Below the pieces are notes generated by a model that did no database searches, was not told where the DNA came from, and saw only the letters and a list, made by a program, of their open reading frames with translations. From a bacterium (GTDB taxonomy: Bacteria; Bacillota; Clostridia; TANB77; RGIG9151): a stretch of 64,000 nucleotides of DNA. Shown here one piece after another: positions 48,137-57,458 of the stretch (position 1 is its first letter; the number at the start of each line of letters is the position of its first letter). The position numbers and the translations under genes were made by a program. The stretch lies in the NCBI GenBank assembly GCA_963635575.1, contig CAVHFU010000002.1:17768-81767 (forward strand), given 5' to 3'.

Positions 48137-49126
48137 ATGAAAGATATAGTTTGTTTGGCAATCGAGAGCAGTTGTGATGAAACTTCGGTTGCAATAGTAA
48201 AGAATGGTAGAGAAGTATTATCTAATATAATTTTTTCTCAAATAGATATACATAAGAAATATGGAGGAGTTGTTCCTGAGATTGCATCAAGACAACATAC
48301 GGAATGTATAAATATTGTAGTTGAGGAAGCTTTAGAAAAAGCAAATATGACTTTTGATGATATAGATATAATTGGAGCTACATATGGACCCGGTTTAGTC
48401 GGAGCATTACTTGTCGGTTTATCTGCTGCAAAAGGGATTGCATATGCTACCGGAAAACCGCTTGTTCCTGTTAATCATATAAAAGGACATGTTTTTGCTA
48501 ATTTTATAGAAAATAAAGAACTTGAACCACCGTTTGTATGTATGATTGTTTCGGGTGGGCATACACATATTGTTAACGTAAAAAGCTATTCTGAATTTGA
48601 AATATTGGGTAAAACTATGGATGACGCTATTGGGGAGGCTTTTGATAAGGTTTCTCGTACTGTAGGTCTCGGATATCCGGGAGGACCTTTAGTTGATAAA
48701 TTGGCTAAAGAGGGACAAGATGTATGTAATTTTCCTAGACCAACTTTTGAAAATTTAAATTTCAGTTTTAGCGGAATAAAGACTGCTGTAATTAATTATA
48801 CAAACAAGCATAAGGATTTTAATGTTGCTGATGTTTGCAGAAGTTTCGAGGAAGCGGCGACTGATGTAATTATTACTAATATAAAAAGAGCAATTAAATT
48901 GACTGGTACTAAGAAAATTGCTTTGGCCGGTGGTGTTGCAGCAAATTCAATGCTAAGAGAAAAAATGAGAAATCTTGCAAACGAAATGAATGTTGAATTT
49001 TACTGCCCAAGTCCGGTGCTTTGTACTGACAATGCTGCTATGATTGGGTGTGCTGCGTATTATGACTATCTAGATGGAAAGGTTGCAGATTTAAAAATTA
49101 ATGCTATCGCAAATTTGAGCTTATAA
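48137..49126 (+). CDS. tsaD: tRNA N6-adenosine threonylcarbamoyltransferase
   Basis: [21 protein letters not shown]; Kae1/TsaD family. Confidence 0.85.
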   Translation: MKDIVCLAIESSCDETSVAIVKNGREVLSNIIFSQIDIHKKYGGVVPEIASRQHTECINIVVEEALEKANMTFDDIDIIGATYGPGLVGALLVGLSAAKGIAYATGKPLVPVNHIKGHVFANFIENKELEPPFVCMIVSGGHTHIVNVKSYSEFEILGKTMDDAIGEAFDKVSRTVGLGYPGGPLVDKLAKEGQDVCNFPRPTFENLNFSFSGIKTAVINYTNKHKDFNVADVCRSFEEAATDVIITNIKRAIKLTGTKKIALAGGVAANSMLREKMRNLANEMNVEFYCPSPVLCTDNAAMIGCAAYYDYLDGKVADLKINAIANLSL

Positions 49127-49149
49127 ATATGTTTTAAGAGGTGGAGAAT

Positions 49150-51297
49150 ATGGCGAAGTGGAATCTGGTTGAACGCGAGAAAAGGATGAACAGAGAAATG
49201 CGAAAGAAAGAAAAAAGTCAAAAAAAGAGTAAAAGAAATATAGGTTGCTCTATTGTTATGGGTTTTATGCTGGTGGGAATCTTTGCTGGTATAGGCATAT
49301 CAGTAGCAGCGATTATGGGAATTATTACGAATGCTCCTACAATAGACTTAAGTGATTATACTATAACTAGTATATCTACTGTATTTTATGATAAAGACGG
49401 AAAAGAAATTGATACTGCGCATAGTGGAGAGAATCGAACACTTGCATACTTAGAAGAGATACCTAAATATCTTCAAGATGCGTTTATTTCTATTGAAGAT
49501 GAGAGATTCGAAGAACATAATGGGATAGATATAAAAAGAACATTGGGTGCCATTTATTATTGGATTAAAAATGGTGGAAAAGGTACTTATGGCGGAAGTA
49601 CAATAACTCAACAGCTAGTTAAAAATATGACACAGGATAAAGCAAGTAACGGAATAGAGGGTGTATATAGGAAAATTCGTGAGTGGTGGAGAGCGTACAT
49701 GCTTGAACGTGAGCTCACTAAGGATCAAATATTGGAATTATATTTGAATACAATTTGTTTTGGCAATTCTACATATGGGGTAAAAGAAGCCGCTAATTTA
49801 TATTTTTCAAAAGAACCTTCGGAGCTTACATTAGCAGAATGTGCATTGCTTGCCGGAATAACAAACAGGCCTACATATTATGATCCATTTACTAATTTAG
49901 ATCATGCAAAGAGCCGACAAAAAGTAATTTTAGCTAAGATGCTAGAACTTGGAAAAATAACTGAATCTGAGTACCAAGCAGCAATAGAAGAGGAGATTGT
50001 TATTAAAAAAGGTGGAAACACATCGGTATCAGTTCATTCATATTTTGTTGATGCAGTTATTGAAGACATAATTTCTGATTTAGGTACTCAAAAAAATATG
50101 ACAAGACTAGAAGCGTCTAATCTTATTTATGGTGGAGGATTAAAAATTTATACTACTATGGATTCGGACATTCAAGCTGCTATTGATAAGATATATGTTG
50201 AAGATGAAGAAACCGTATTTGCTGCATTTAGTAATCTATCAGAACAACCCGAATCGGCCATGCTAATTATGGACTACAAGACAGGTCATATTGTCGGAAT
50301 GGTTGGTGGCCGTGGTAAAAAGAAAGATATGAGAGGTCTAAATCGTGCAACACAATCAAAACGTCAACCAGGATCTACAATAAAGCCTTTGGCAGTATAT
50401 GGACCGGCGATAGAAGATGGGAAAATAACTGCAGCAACAATTATATCGGATACACCTTTGACGGTTGAAATTCCGGGAAGTAAGCCGTGGTCCCCTAAGA
50501 ATTGGTATTCAGCGGGATTTTACGGAAATATCACGGTAAGATATGCGATTGAACAGTCATGCAATGTTCCGGCTGTTCGTGTGCTTCAAATGATAGGACT
50601 TGATAGGGCGTATAATGCCTTGCTTTCGGAGGGAATAACCACTCTTACAAAAGAGGATTTAAACTATGCACCACTTTCACTCGGTGGTTTGAGTGAGGGA
50701 GTTACTGTTAGAGAATGGACCGGTGCATATGGAATGATAGCAAATGGTGGGGTTTATATAAAGCCAATAACATATACAAAGGTTGAGGATACAGACGGAA
50801 CAATATTACTACAAAATAAGCGTAAAGAATCAAGAGTATTTAGTTCAGGAACGGCATACGTTTTGACTGACATTATGAAGGGAGTTGTAAGCAGAGGTAC
50901 GGCACGTTCTGCAATACTTGCCAATAGCGTTGCTGCTGGGAAAACAGGTTCTACATCTGCTACTAAAGATAAATGGTTTGTTGGATATACACCATATTAT
51001 GTAGGAGCAGTTTGGGTAGGATATGATACCCCTAAAGAAATGACTGTGGGGGGAGAAATGCCTAAGCAGGTTTGGAAAAAGGTTATGGATATAATTCATA
51101 AAGATTTACCTAAAATTGATTTCCCTGTGCCGGATGATGTTGAGTATGTAAGCGTTTGTAAAGTGTCTGGAGCAAGAGCTTTAGAGAGTTGCGGAGATAA
51201 TGTGAAATCAGAAATATATGTAACAGGTACAGCACCTAGCAGTTATTGTACTTATCATTCATCTGCATGGGTGGGTTATTATCCTGAAGGCATTTAA
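49150..51297 (+). CDS. Class A penicillin-binding protein (PBP1A; transglycosylase + transpeptidase)
   Basis: TM anchor; GT51 motifs (EDERFEEHNGID, GGSTITQQL); transpeptidase STIKP and KTGS. Confidence 0.8.
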   Translation: MAKWNLVEREKRMNREMRKKEKSQKKSKRNIGCSIVMGFMLVGIFAGIGISVAAIMGIITNAPTIDLSDYTITSISTVFYDKDGKEIDTAHSGENRTLAYLEEIPKYLQDAFISIEDERFEEHNGIDIKRTLGAIYYWIKNGGKGTYGGSTITQQLVKNMTQDKASNGIEGVYRKIREWWRAYMLERELTKDQILELYLNTICFGNSTYGVKEAANLYFSKEPSELTLAECALLAGITNRPTYYDPFTNLDHAKSRQKVILAKMLELGKITESEYQAAIEEEIVIKKGGNTSVSVHSYFVDAVIEDIISDLGTQKNMTRLEASNLIYGGGLKIYTTMDSDIQAAIDKIYVEDEETVFAAFSNLSEQPESAMLIMDYKTGHIVGMVGGRGKKKDMRGLNRATQSKRQPGSTIKPLAVYGPAIEDGKITAATIISDTPLTVEIPGSKPWSPKNWYSAGFYGNITVRYAIEQSCNVPAVRVLQMIGLDRAYNALLSEGITTLTKEDLNYAPLSLGGLSEGVTVREWTGAYGMIANGGVYIKPITYTKVEDTDGTILLQNKRKESRVFSSGTAYVLTDIMKGVVSRGTARSAILANSVAAGKTGSTSATKDKWFVGYTPYYVGAVWVGYDTPKEMTVGGEMPKQVWKKVMDIIHKDLPKIDFPVPDDVEYVSVCKVSGARALESCGDNVKSEIYVTGTAPSSYCTYHSSAWVGYYPEGI

Positions 51298-51314
51298 GAA
51301 AGGATAAGATTAAA

Positions 51315-51482
51315 ATGTATCATGAAGTAGGAGCTATAATAAAATTGAAAAAACAACATCCCTGTGGATCAAGCGAGTGGGAAGTTTTAAGAAATGGTGT
51401 GGATTACAAAATAAAGTGCGTTGGCTGTGGACATGTTATTCAAATTCCAAGGATAAAACTTGAAAAAATGATTAAAAATTAA
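51315..51482 (+). CDS. DUF951-like zinc-ribbon small protein (55 aa)
   Basis: MYHEVGAIIKLKKQHPCGSSEWEVLRNGVDYKIKCVGCGHVIQIPR; CxxS...CxxC pattern. Followed by a terminator. Below the ORF-track size cut-off. Confidence 0.45.
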   Translation: MYHEVGAIIKLKKQHPCGSSEWEVLRNGVDYKIKCVGCGHVIQIPRIKLEKMIKN

Positions 51483-51550
51483 GTTTAAAACAAAAAACAT
51501 TCTTGTAATAATACAGGAATGTTTTTTGTTTTGCAGTGTGTAATTACTTA

Positions 51551-51679
51551 TTAGCAATTGTCACAACCGCATCCACATCCGTTGTTTCCTAAGCTGTTGT
51601 TATTTCCACAGCAGCAGCAAACAATGATAAGGATAAGTATAATCCATAGGCATCCGTTGCCACATCCACAGTTTCCCAT
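51551..51679 (-). CDS. YjcZ-like tiny Cys/Gly-rich transmembrane sporulation peptide (42 aa): MGNCGCGNGCLWIILILIIVCCCCGNNNSLGNNGCGCGCDNC
   Basis: AGGAGGTG RBS on the minus strand 8 nt before ATG. Cys/Gly-rich ends flank one hydrophobic helix, as in the 'tiny TM' sporulation peptide family of Bacilli and Clostridia. Confidence 0.5.
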   Translation of the reverse strand: MGNCGCGNGCLWIILILIIVCCCCGNNNSLGNNGCGCGCDNC

Positions 51680-51762
51680 TAAGTTTTCACCTCCTGTGTC
51701 TTACGATAGTATATAGTATGTAAAAAACAATCGGAGTGTTACAAAATGGGAGGGAAATTTAA

Positions 51763-52809
51763 TTAATTTTTAAAAACCCATTTTACTTGTATTCTAAAAC
51801 TAAGAAGAAATAAAATTATGTCTATTAGCATCTTCGCAAGTACCTGATTAAAACTTAATCTTGTTGTGAGTAGGTAGATACCTGTATATGATAACATTAT
51901 AGTAATAGCTACTAAAGTGTAATATTTAACTATGCTTTTCTTTAATCTTGCCTTTGTATTAAAAACTAATTTCCTATTTAAGTTGAAATTAATAAATGAT
52001 GAAATTAGTCTGGCAACAACAGTCGCTATAAGTAATGAAAGAGCATGAGGTAGAAAAGCAAAAACAGCTCCTAATAAAATAAATAAAGCATAGTCGCAAA
52101 GTATAGATGAGAAGGAAGAACACATAAATTTAAAAATAACTTTGTAGATACTGAAGGAATCTGTGAGTGGATTAAAGTTACTTGTTGTGTTCCCATTTAT
52201 GTATACAGTTTCAATCGGAACTTCCATAATTTTTATTCCGTATGCCTTTGTGTCTAGGAGCATGTTGGTCTCAAATTCAAATTTCTCTCCTAAAGTATTA
52301 ATTAGTTTCTCAACGAATGTTAAAGGGATTGCTCTGAGTCCTGTTTGGGTGTCACTAATATTTAAATCGCAAAATAATTTAAAAGCAAGTGAAGTAGCCT
52401 TATTACCCAATCTACTTTTATTAGGTACATCATGTTGATTAAAATTTCTAACACCTAAAACTAATTTTTCTGGATTTTCTTTTAATGCTTTGGCACATTT
52501 TACAACATCTTTTACTTTGTGTTGATTGTCAGCGTCTAAAGTAACAACACCTACATCGTTTGGAAAATGCTTTAAGAAGTATTTAAAACCTGTTTTTAAT
52601 GCTCGTCCTTTTCCTAAATTCTCTTCGTGAGTTATAAGAACACAGTTCTTGTTTTTCTTTACTTTATCGAATAGATTCAAGAATTTTGAATCAGTCCCGT
52701 CATTTATAACAATTATATGTTTGAAACCGGCTTGCACTAATCCTTCTATGACTGTGTGAAATTTCTTGTCAGGATTATATGCCGGAATTATTGCTGTTAT
52801 ATTATCCAT
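51763..52809 (-). CDS. Bifunctional family-2 glycosyltransferase / GtrA-like membrane domain protein
   Basis: N-terminal GT2 (AIIPAYN...VINDGTD...LDADNQH), C-terminal four-helix GtrA-like domain. Confidence 0.7.
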   Translation of the reverse strand: MDNITAIIPAYNPDKKFHTVIEGLVQAGFKHIIVINDGTDSKFLNLFDKVKKNKNCVLITHEENLGKGRALKTGFKYFLKHFPNDVGVVTLDADNQHKVKDVVKCAKALKENPEKLVLGVRNFNQHDVPNKSRLGNKATSLAFKLFCDLNISDTQTGLRAIPLTFVEKLINTLGEKFEFETNMLLDTKAYGIKIMEVPIETVYINGNTTSNFNPLTDSFSIYKVIFKFMCSSFSSILCDYALFILLGAVFAFLPHALSLLIATVVARLISSFINFNLNRKLVFNTKARLKKSIVKYYTLVAITIMLSYTGIYLLTTRLSFNQVLAKMLIDIILFLLSFRIQVKWVFKN

Positions 52810-52813
52810 AATT

Positions 52814-54187
52814 TTAGCCCTCTATAAGTTCTTCGGCGATTTTATACACATTTCCGGCACCTATTGTGAGTAGTATGTCTCCAGATTGCAGGTTATTTTT
52901 AAGATAATTTTCTATATCAAAAAAATCTTTTATATAGATTGCATTATTTGAAGTTTTTTGTATTTCATTTACTAAATCTTTAGAATTTATTTCTCCGGTA
53001 TCTTTTTCGCGTGCAGCATAGATGTCTGTAATTATTACTTTATCTGCATTATAAAAAGCATTCGCAAATTCATTTAAAAGCGCTTTTGTTCTAGAATAGG
53101 TGTGAGGTTGGAAAACGCACCAAACCTTTTTCATATTCCTGTTTTTGGCTGCAAGTAATGTTGCTTTTATTTCGGATGGATGATGAGCGTAATCATCGTA
53201 TATTTCAGCACCGTTTAATAGTCCTTTTTTTTCAAATCTTCTTTTTGCACCACAAAAAGTTTTTAATGATTCAATTACTTTTGATAAATCCAATTTATAT
53301 ATATCACATACTGCAATACATGCAAGAGAGTTATATATATTGTGCATACCAGGAACACTTAAAACAACTTCAGATATAAATTTATTATCTATATATAAAT
53401 TATAATATGTTTTGTCTCTTTCAAATATTATATTTTGTGCAGAATATTTTGCCATATTTTTTATTCCGAAAGAAATGATATTACATTTTGTATTTTTAAA
53501 TAATTCATATGAATTTTTATCATCCGCATTAAGCACGGCAAAGCCATTACTTGGCAATTTATCCAAAAATTTTTGAAATGATGATTTTATATGATTTATA
53601 TCTTTATAATAGTCTAAATGGTCAACTTCCACATTTAAAACAACAGAAACTTTAGGAGAAAGTTCTAGAAAACTTTCAACATACTCACAAGCTTCAGTAA
53701 TTAAGAAATTACTTCGACCTATTTTATAATTTCCATCAATTAGTGGTAACTCTCCGCCAACAGTAATAGTTGGGTCTTTTTCACATTCTATAAAAGCGGT
53801 AGAAATCATTGAGGTTGTTGTGGTTTTTCCGTGAGTTCCTGCAACAGCAATTGTGTCATGGAAAAGTCTTGTGATTTCTCCGAGTAATACAGACCGCTCA
53901 ATTAAAGGAATATTTTTTTTAGTCGCTGCTATGTATTCGGGATTATCTTTTTTTATTGCTGCCGTAAAAATTACAGCAGAAGCATTTCCTATATTTTCTT
54001 CGTTATGACCTATTGTTACTCTTATATTATTTTCTCTTAATTTTTTTATAATATTACTATCATTTGCGTCGGAACCTTGAACTGTATACCCTTTGTTCTT
54101 TAAGATTTCGGCAAGCCCGCTCATACTAATTCCGCCAATTCCTATCATATGTATAGTCGCTGGTGGTAAAATTTTATTTAAAAACAT
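52814..54187 (-). CDS. murC: UDP-N-acetylmuramate--L-alanine ligase
   Basis: IHMIGIGGISMSGLAEIL, GTHGKTTTT; GGAGG RBS before ATG 54187. Confidence 0.85.
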   Translation of the reverse strand: MFLNKILPPATIHMIGIGGISMSGLAEILKNKGYTVQGSDANDSNIIKKLRENNIRVTIGHNEENIGNASAVIFTAAIKKDNPEYIAATKKNIPLIERSVLLGEITRLFHDTIAVAGTHGKTTTTSMISTAFIECEKDPTITVGGELPLIDGNYKIGRSNFLITEACEYVESFLELSPKVSVVLNVEVDHLDYYKDINHIKSSFQKFLDKLPSNGFAVLNADDKNSYELFKNTKCNIISFGIKNMAKYSAQNIIFERDKTYYNLYIDNKFISEVVLSVPGMHNIYNSLACIAVCDIYKLDLSKVIESLKTFCGAKRRFEKKGLLNGAEIYDDYAHHPSEIKATLLAAKNRNMKKVWCVFQPHTYSRTKALLNEFANAFYNADKVIITDIYAAREKDTGEINSKDLVNEIQKTSNNAIYIKDFFDIENYLKNNLQSGDILLTIGAGNVYKIAEELIEG

Positions 54188-54393
54188 AAGATACCTCCAA
54201 ATCAAATAGTATATGTATATTATATATTCTTATGAATATATTATTCAATAGGTTGAAAAAAAGTTACGTGTTTTATTTTGGCAGCATTTATTTGCATAAG
54301 AAAAAATGAAAAAAATTTACAAATTTCGGAAGGTTTTTTTAAAATTATGTAGAAATATAGCAATATAAAAATAATCATAAGGTGGTGCACATT

Positions 54394-54696
54394 ATGGAAG
54401 TAACAAACGTAAAGGTAAAAGTAATGCATACTGAAGGTAACTTAAAGGCTTATGCAACAATCACTTTCGATGATGAATTTGTTGTAAAAGATATTAAGGT
54501 TATTGACGGTAAAAAAGGTATATTTATTGCTATGCCTAGTAAGCCAATTAAAAACAGAAAAATTGAAGATGTAGAAAGTACTGAAGAAATGGAAAGATTA
54601 CACAAAGATATTGCACATCCTATTAATCCACAAGCAAGAGAGAAGATTCAAACAGCCATATTAAAAGCTTATGAAGAAGCTCTAAAAGCTGAATAA
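54394..54696 (+). CDS. spoVG: Septation/sporulation regulator SpoVG
   Basis: MEVTNVKVKVMHTEGNLKAYATITFDDEFVVKDIKVIDG... canonical SpoVG N-terminus. Confidence 0.85.
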   Translation: MEVTNVKVKVMHTEGNLKAYATITFDDEFVVKDIKVIDGKKGIFIAMPSKPIKNRKIEDVESTEEMERLHKDIAHPINPQAREKIQTAILKAYEEALKAE

Positions 54697-54737
54697 GAAT
54701 TGAAAAATTAGTCCACCGGAGATTTCGGTGGACTTTT

Positions 54738-55565
54738 TTACCTTACTAATTCTAATAGAGGTTCAGACGAAACAGAAACTTTATTTTCAAAAATTTGCTC
54801 GATTGTATTTACTATTTTTTTATTGTAATTTTCGCTTTCAAAATGAAGAAACACTTTTTTTGGTGCAAGAGTAATTAGAGAACTTATTAATACATCTTCA
54901 TTATTTAGATTATTTTGTTCCTTAGTTTCGATAAACTCTTCAAAGCAACTTTCTGTAATATTTTTATTTCTTTCATTTAGTATTAAGTATTCACCATTTT
55001 CTTCAAATATAACGTGTAGTTTTGGACATCTGTTTTTTTGAGTTTCAACGAAAAACTTTAGCATATCTATAAATTCTTTGTATTCCTCTTGAAGTTTATA
55101 GTCTTCTACTACTTTTTGGATTAATTCAACTAACATTTTCTTATAATTTAGCAATCTAAACTGGACAAAACCAGAAAGATTTAAATAATTTTCTTCAGTT
55201 AAATATTCCAAAATATTTTGCTTTATTAAGAAACGCCTTTTTAGTAAAATTAACATTCTTAAAAAATCATTATCGTGATTCTTAATTAGTTTTATAGCGG
55301 TATTGAGAATATTAGATTTTTCAGAAGAATTGAAAAATGGATAATCAGAAAATATTAAATCTTTTAATAGGCGTTCTTCTTCAAAGTTAATAATATATTC
55401 TGTTAAAACTTCCGATACTTTTAGCTTTAAAAAAGATTCGTCATCTGAAAAGAAAATCAGTTTATTTTTATATGCTCTGCAAGAAAATTTTTCGCATCGT
55501 TCTTTTTTGGCAATGTCATGTATATAATTAAAATTGTTTTTAATATCAATAATAACCTTTTGCAT
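54738..55565 (-). CDS. ytxC: Sporulation protein YtxC-like
   Basis: 275 aa; YtxC-family pattern (…LSGFVQFRL…); sporulation gene neighbourhood. Confidence 0.55.
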   Translation of the reverse strand: MQKVIIDIKNNFNYIHDIAKKERCEKFSCRAYKNKLIFFSDDESFLKLKVSEVLTEYIINFEEERLLKDLIFSDYPFFNSSEKSNILNTAIKLIKNHDNDFLRMLILLKRRFLIKQNILEYLTEENYLNLSGFVQFRLLNYKKMLVELIQKVVEDYKLQEEYKEFIDMLKFFVETQKNRCPKLHVIFEENGEYLILNERNKNITESCFEEFIETKEQNNLNNEDVLISSLITLAPKKVFLHFESENYNKKIVNTIEQIFENKVSVSSEPLLELVR

Positions 55566-55962
55566 ATTGAACCCCCTGGAATTGGTACAATTTTTAACTT
55601 TAGTTTAAGTATGAATCAAAAGAATTCATATTATACTATGTTTAGAAATATATTAGTGTGAAACTAAAGATCCTCTAGCCTCAGCAACAAGTAAAAAGGC
55701 GATTATAAAAGCAGGTTAAGCTTTTTCAAGGAAGTTTATTTCTAAACACAAGTTACTTATCGGCATTTGTATAAAAAGCTTAAGCAAAAAATTATGACAA
55801 AAAAATCTTTTTTTTTTTATTAAATTATGTTTTTTGTTTACAAACGTGTTTTTTTTTATTACAATGAATGAGTATTGAATTATTGAAAAATATTGAGTTC
55901 TCTCAATGTTTATACTTTTAGAAAAAATAAAGAAAAATACATTAGAAGAGAGGAGCAAGAAA

Positions 55963-57282
55963 ATGAAGATATTGATGTTATCATGGGAGTATCCACCAAG
56001 AATAGTAGGAGGAATTTCCAGAGTTGTTTATGATCTAGCTCAAAATTTGGGTGAAAAAGGTAATGAAGTACATGTTGTAACATGTATGGATAAAAACACA
56101 AAAGAATTTGAAAAGGATAAGAATGTATATGTTCACCGTGTTCATACTGTCGGCCCTGATACAAAAGGTGATTTCTTAAAACAAACTTTGCATATGAATT
56201 TTGCAATGGTAGAAAGAGCTGTTGAAGTTATAAATAGCGTTGGAAAGTTCGATGTTATTCACGCTCATGATTGGTTGGTTGCATTTGCTGCAAAAACATT
56301 AAAACACGCTTATAAAACTCCGTTAGTTTGCACAATTCACGCAACAGAGCATGGAAGAAATAATGGAATTCATAATGAAATGCAAGAATACATTCATAAC
56401 AGTGAATGGTGGCTTACTTATGAATCTTGGAAGGTTATTTGCAATAGCCAATATATGAAGAATGAAATTACAAACATTTGGGGACTACCTGAATCAAAAA
56501 TAAGAATAATATTTAATGGTGTGGATGTTCACAAGTTTGATGGAATAGAAAGAGATTGGGAATTTAGAAGAAGATTCGCAATGGATAATGAAAAGATAGT
56601 ATTCTTCGTTGGAAGAATGGTTAATGAAAAAGGCGTTCAAGTTTTAATAGATGCGATGCCTAAGATTTGTCAATACTATAATGATGTTAAATTTGTATTT
56701 GCCGGAAAAGGTCCACTACTTGATGAATTTAAGGCAAGAGCTTGGGCTACCGGATATGCACACAAAACACTATTTACAGGATATATAAGCGACGAAGATT
56801 TGTTAAAATTATATAAATGCGTTGATGTGGCTGTTTTCCCTAGCTTATATGAACCATTTGGAATTGTTGCATTAGAAGGAATGGTTGCAAATGTTCCTAC
56901 AGTCGTTTCACAAGCCGGAGGACTTGGAGAAATAATTAACCACGGATATGATGGAATGAAGGCTTATACAGGAAATGCAAACTCGCTTGCAGATTGTATA
57001 CTTGAATTACTTCACAACCACAACAATATGACAGAGTCAATAAGAAATAATGCAATGAGAAAGGTGCATGAGATGTATAATTGGAATGGCATCGCGGACC
57101 AAACATATGCTGTGTATAAAGAAGTTGTTGAAGAAGCAAAGAATATTTCTTGGGAGAACACAGAATTAAAAGAAGGCCTAAAAGAATTAAATGATAAGAA
57201 GGTAATTCATACTGTTGTGGAGAATAAGACTACTGCTAAGAAATCTCCTAGGAAAAGTGAAAAGTTACAAAAAATCGGTTAG
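55963..57282 (+). CDS. GT4-family (GT-B, group 1) glycosyltransferase
   Basis: MKILMLSWEYPPRIVGGISRVVYDLAQNL... and C-terminal E..E GT4 motifs. Preceded by a ~400-nt untranslated region. Confidence 0.7.
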   Translation: MKILMLSWEYPPRIVGGISRVVYDLAQNLGEKGNEVHVVTCMDKNTKEFEKDKNVYVHRVHTVGPDTKGDFLKQTLHMNFAMVERAVEVINSVGKFDVIHAHDWLVAFAAKTLKHAYKTPLVCTIHATEHGRNNGIHNEMQEYIHNSEWWLTYESWKVICNSQYMKNEITNIWGLPESKIRIIFNGVDVHKFDGIERDWEFRRRFAMDNEKIVFFVGRMVNEKGVQVLIDAMPKICQYYNDVKFVFAGKGPLLDEFKARAWATGYAHKTLFTGYISDEDLLKLYKCVDVAVFPSLYEPFGIVALEGMVANVPTVVSQAGGLGEIINHGYDGMKAYTGNANSLADCILELLHNHNNMTESIRNNAMRKVHEMYNWNGIADQTYAVYKEVVEEAKNISWENTELKEGLKELNDKKVIHTVVENKTTAKKSPRKSEKLQKIG

Positions 57283-57458
57283 TTAATAAATAACATCTCC
57301 TAATACCGTAAATAGCTTTATTGTTTATAATGATATATTAAAAGGGGAACGAGTTAATATGTCGTTCCTCTTTTGTTTCAAAAATGTCTTGGGAGAGTTA
57401 ATGAAGTCTAATAGACTTAGATATTTTTAATAAAAGTTGAATTTAAGGAGGTAGTTTA

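Noticed and set aside
54206-54393. sigmaH-like promoter upstream of spoVG (GAAGGTTTT…GTAGAAAT)
   Set aside because: Two mismatches to the sigmaH consensus in key positions. Too weak to call without transcript data.
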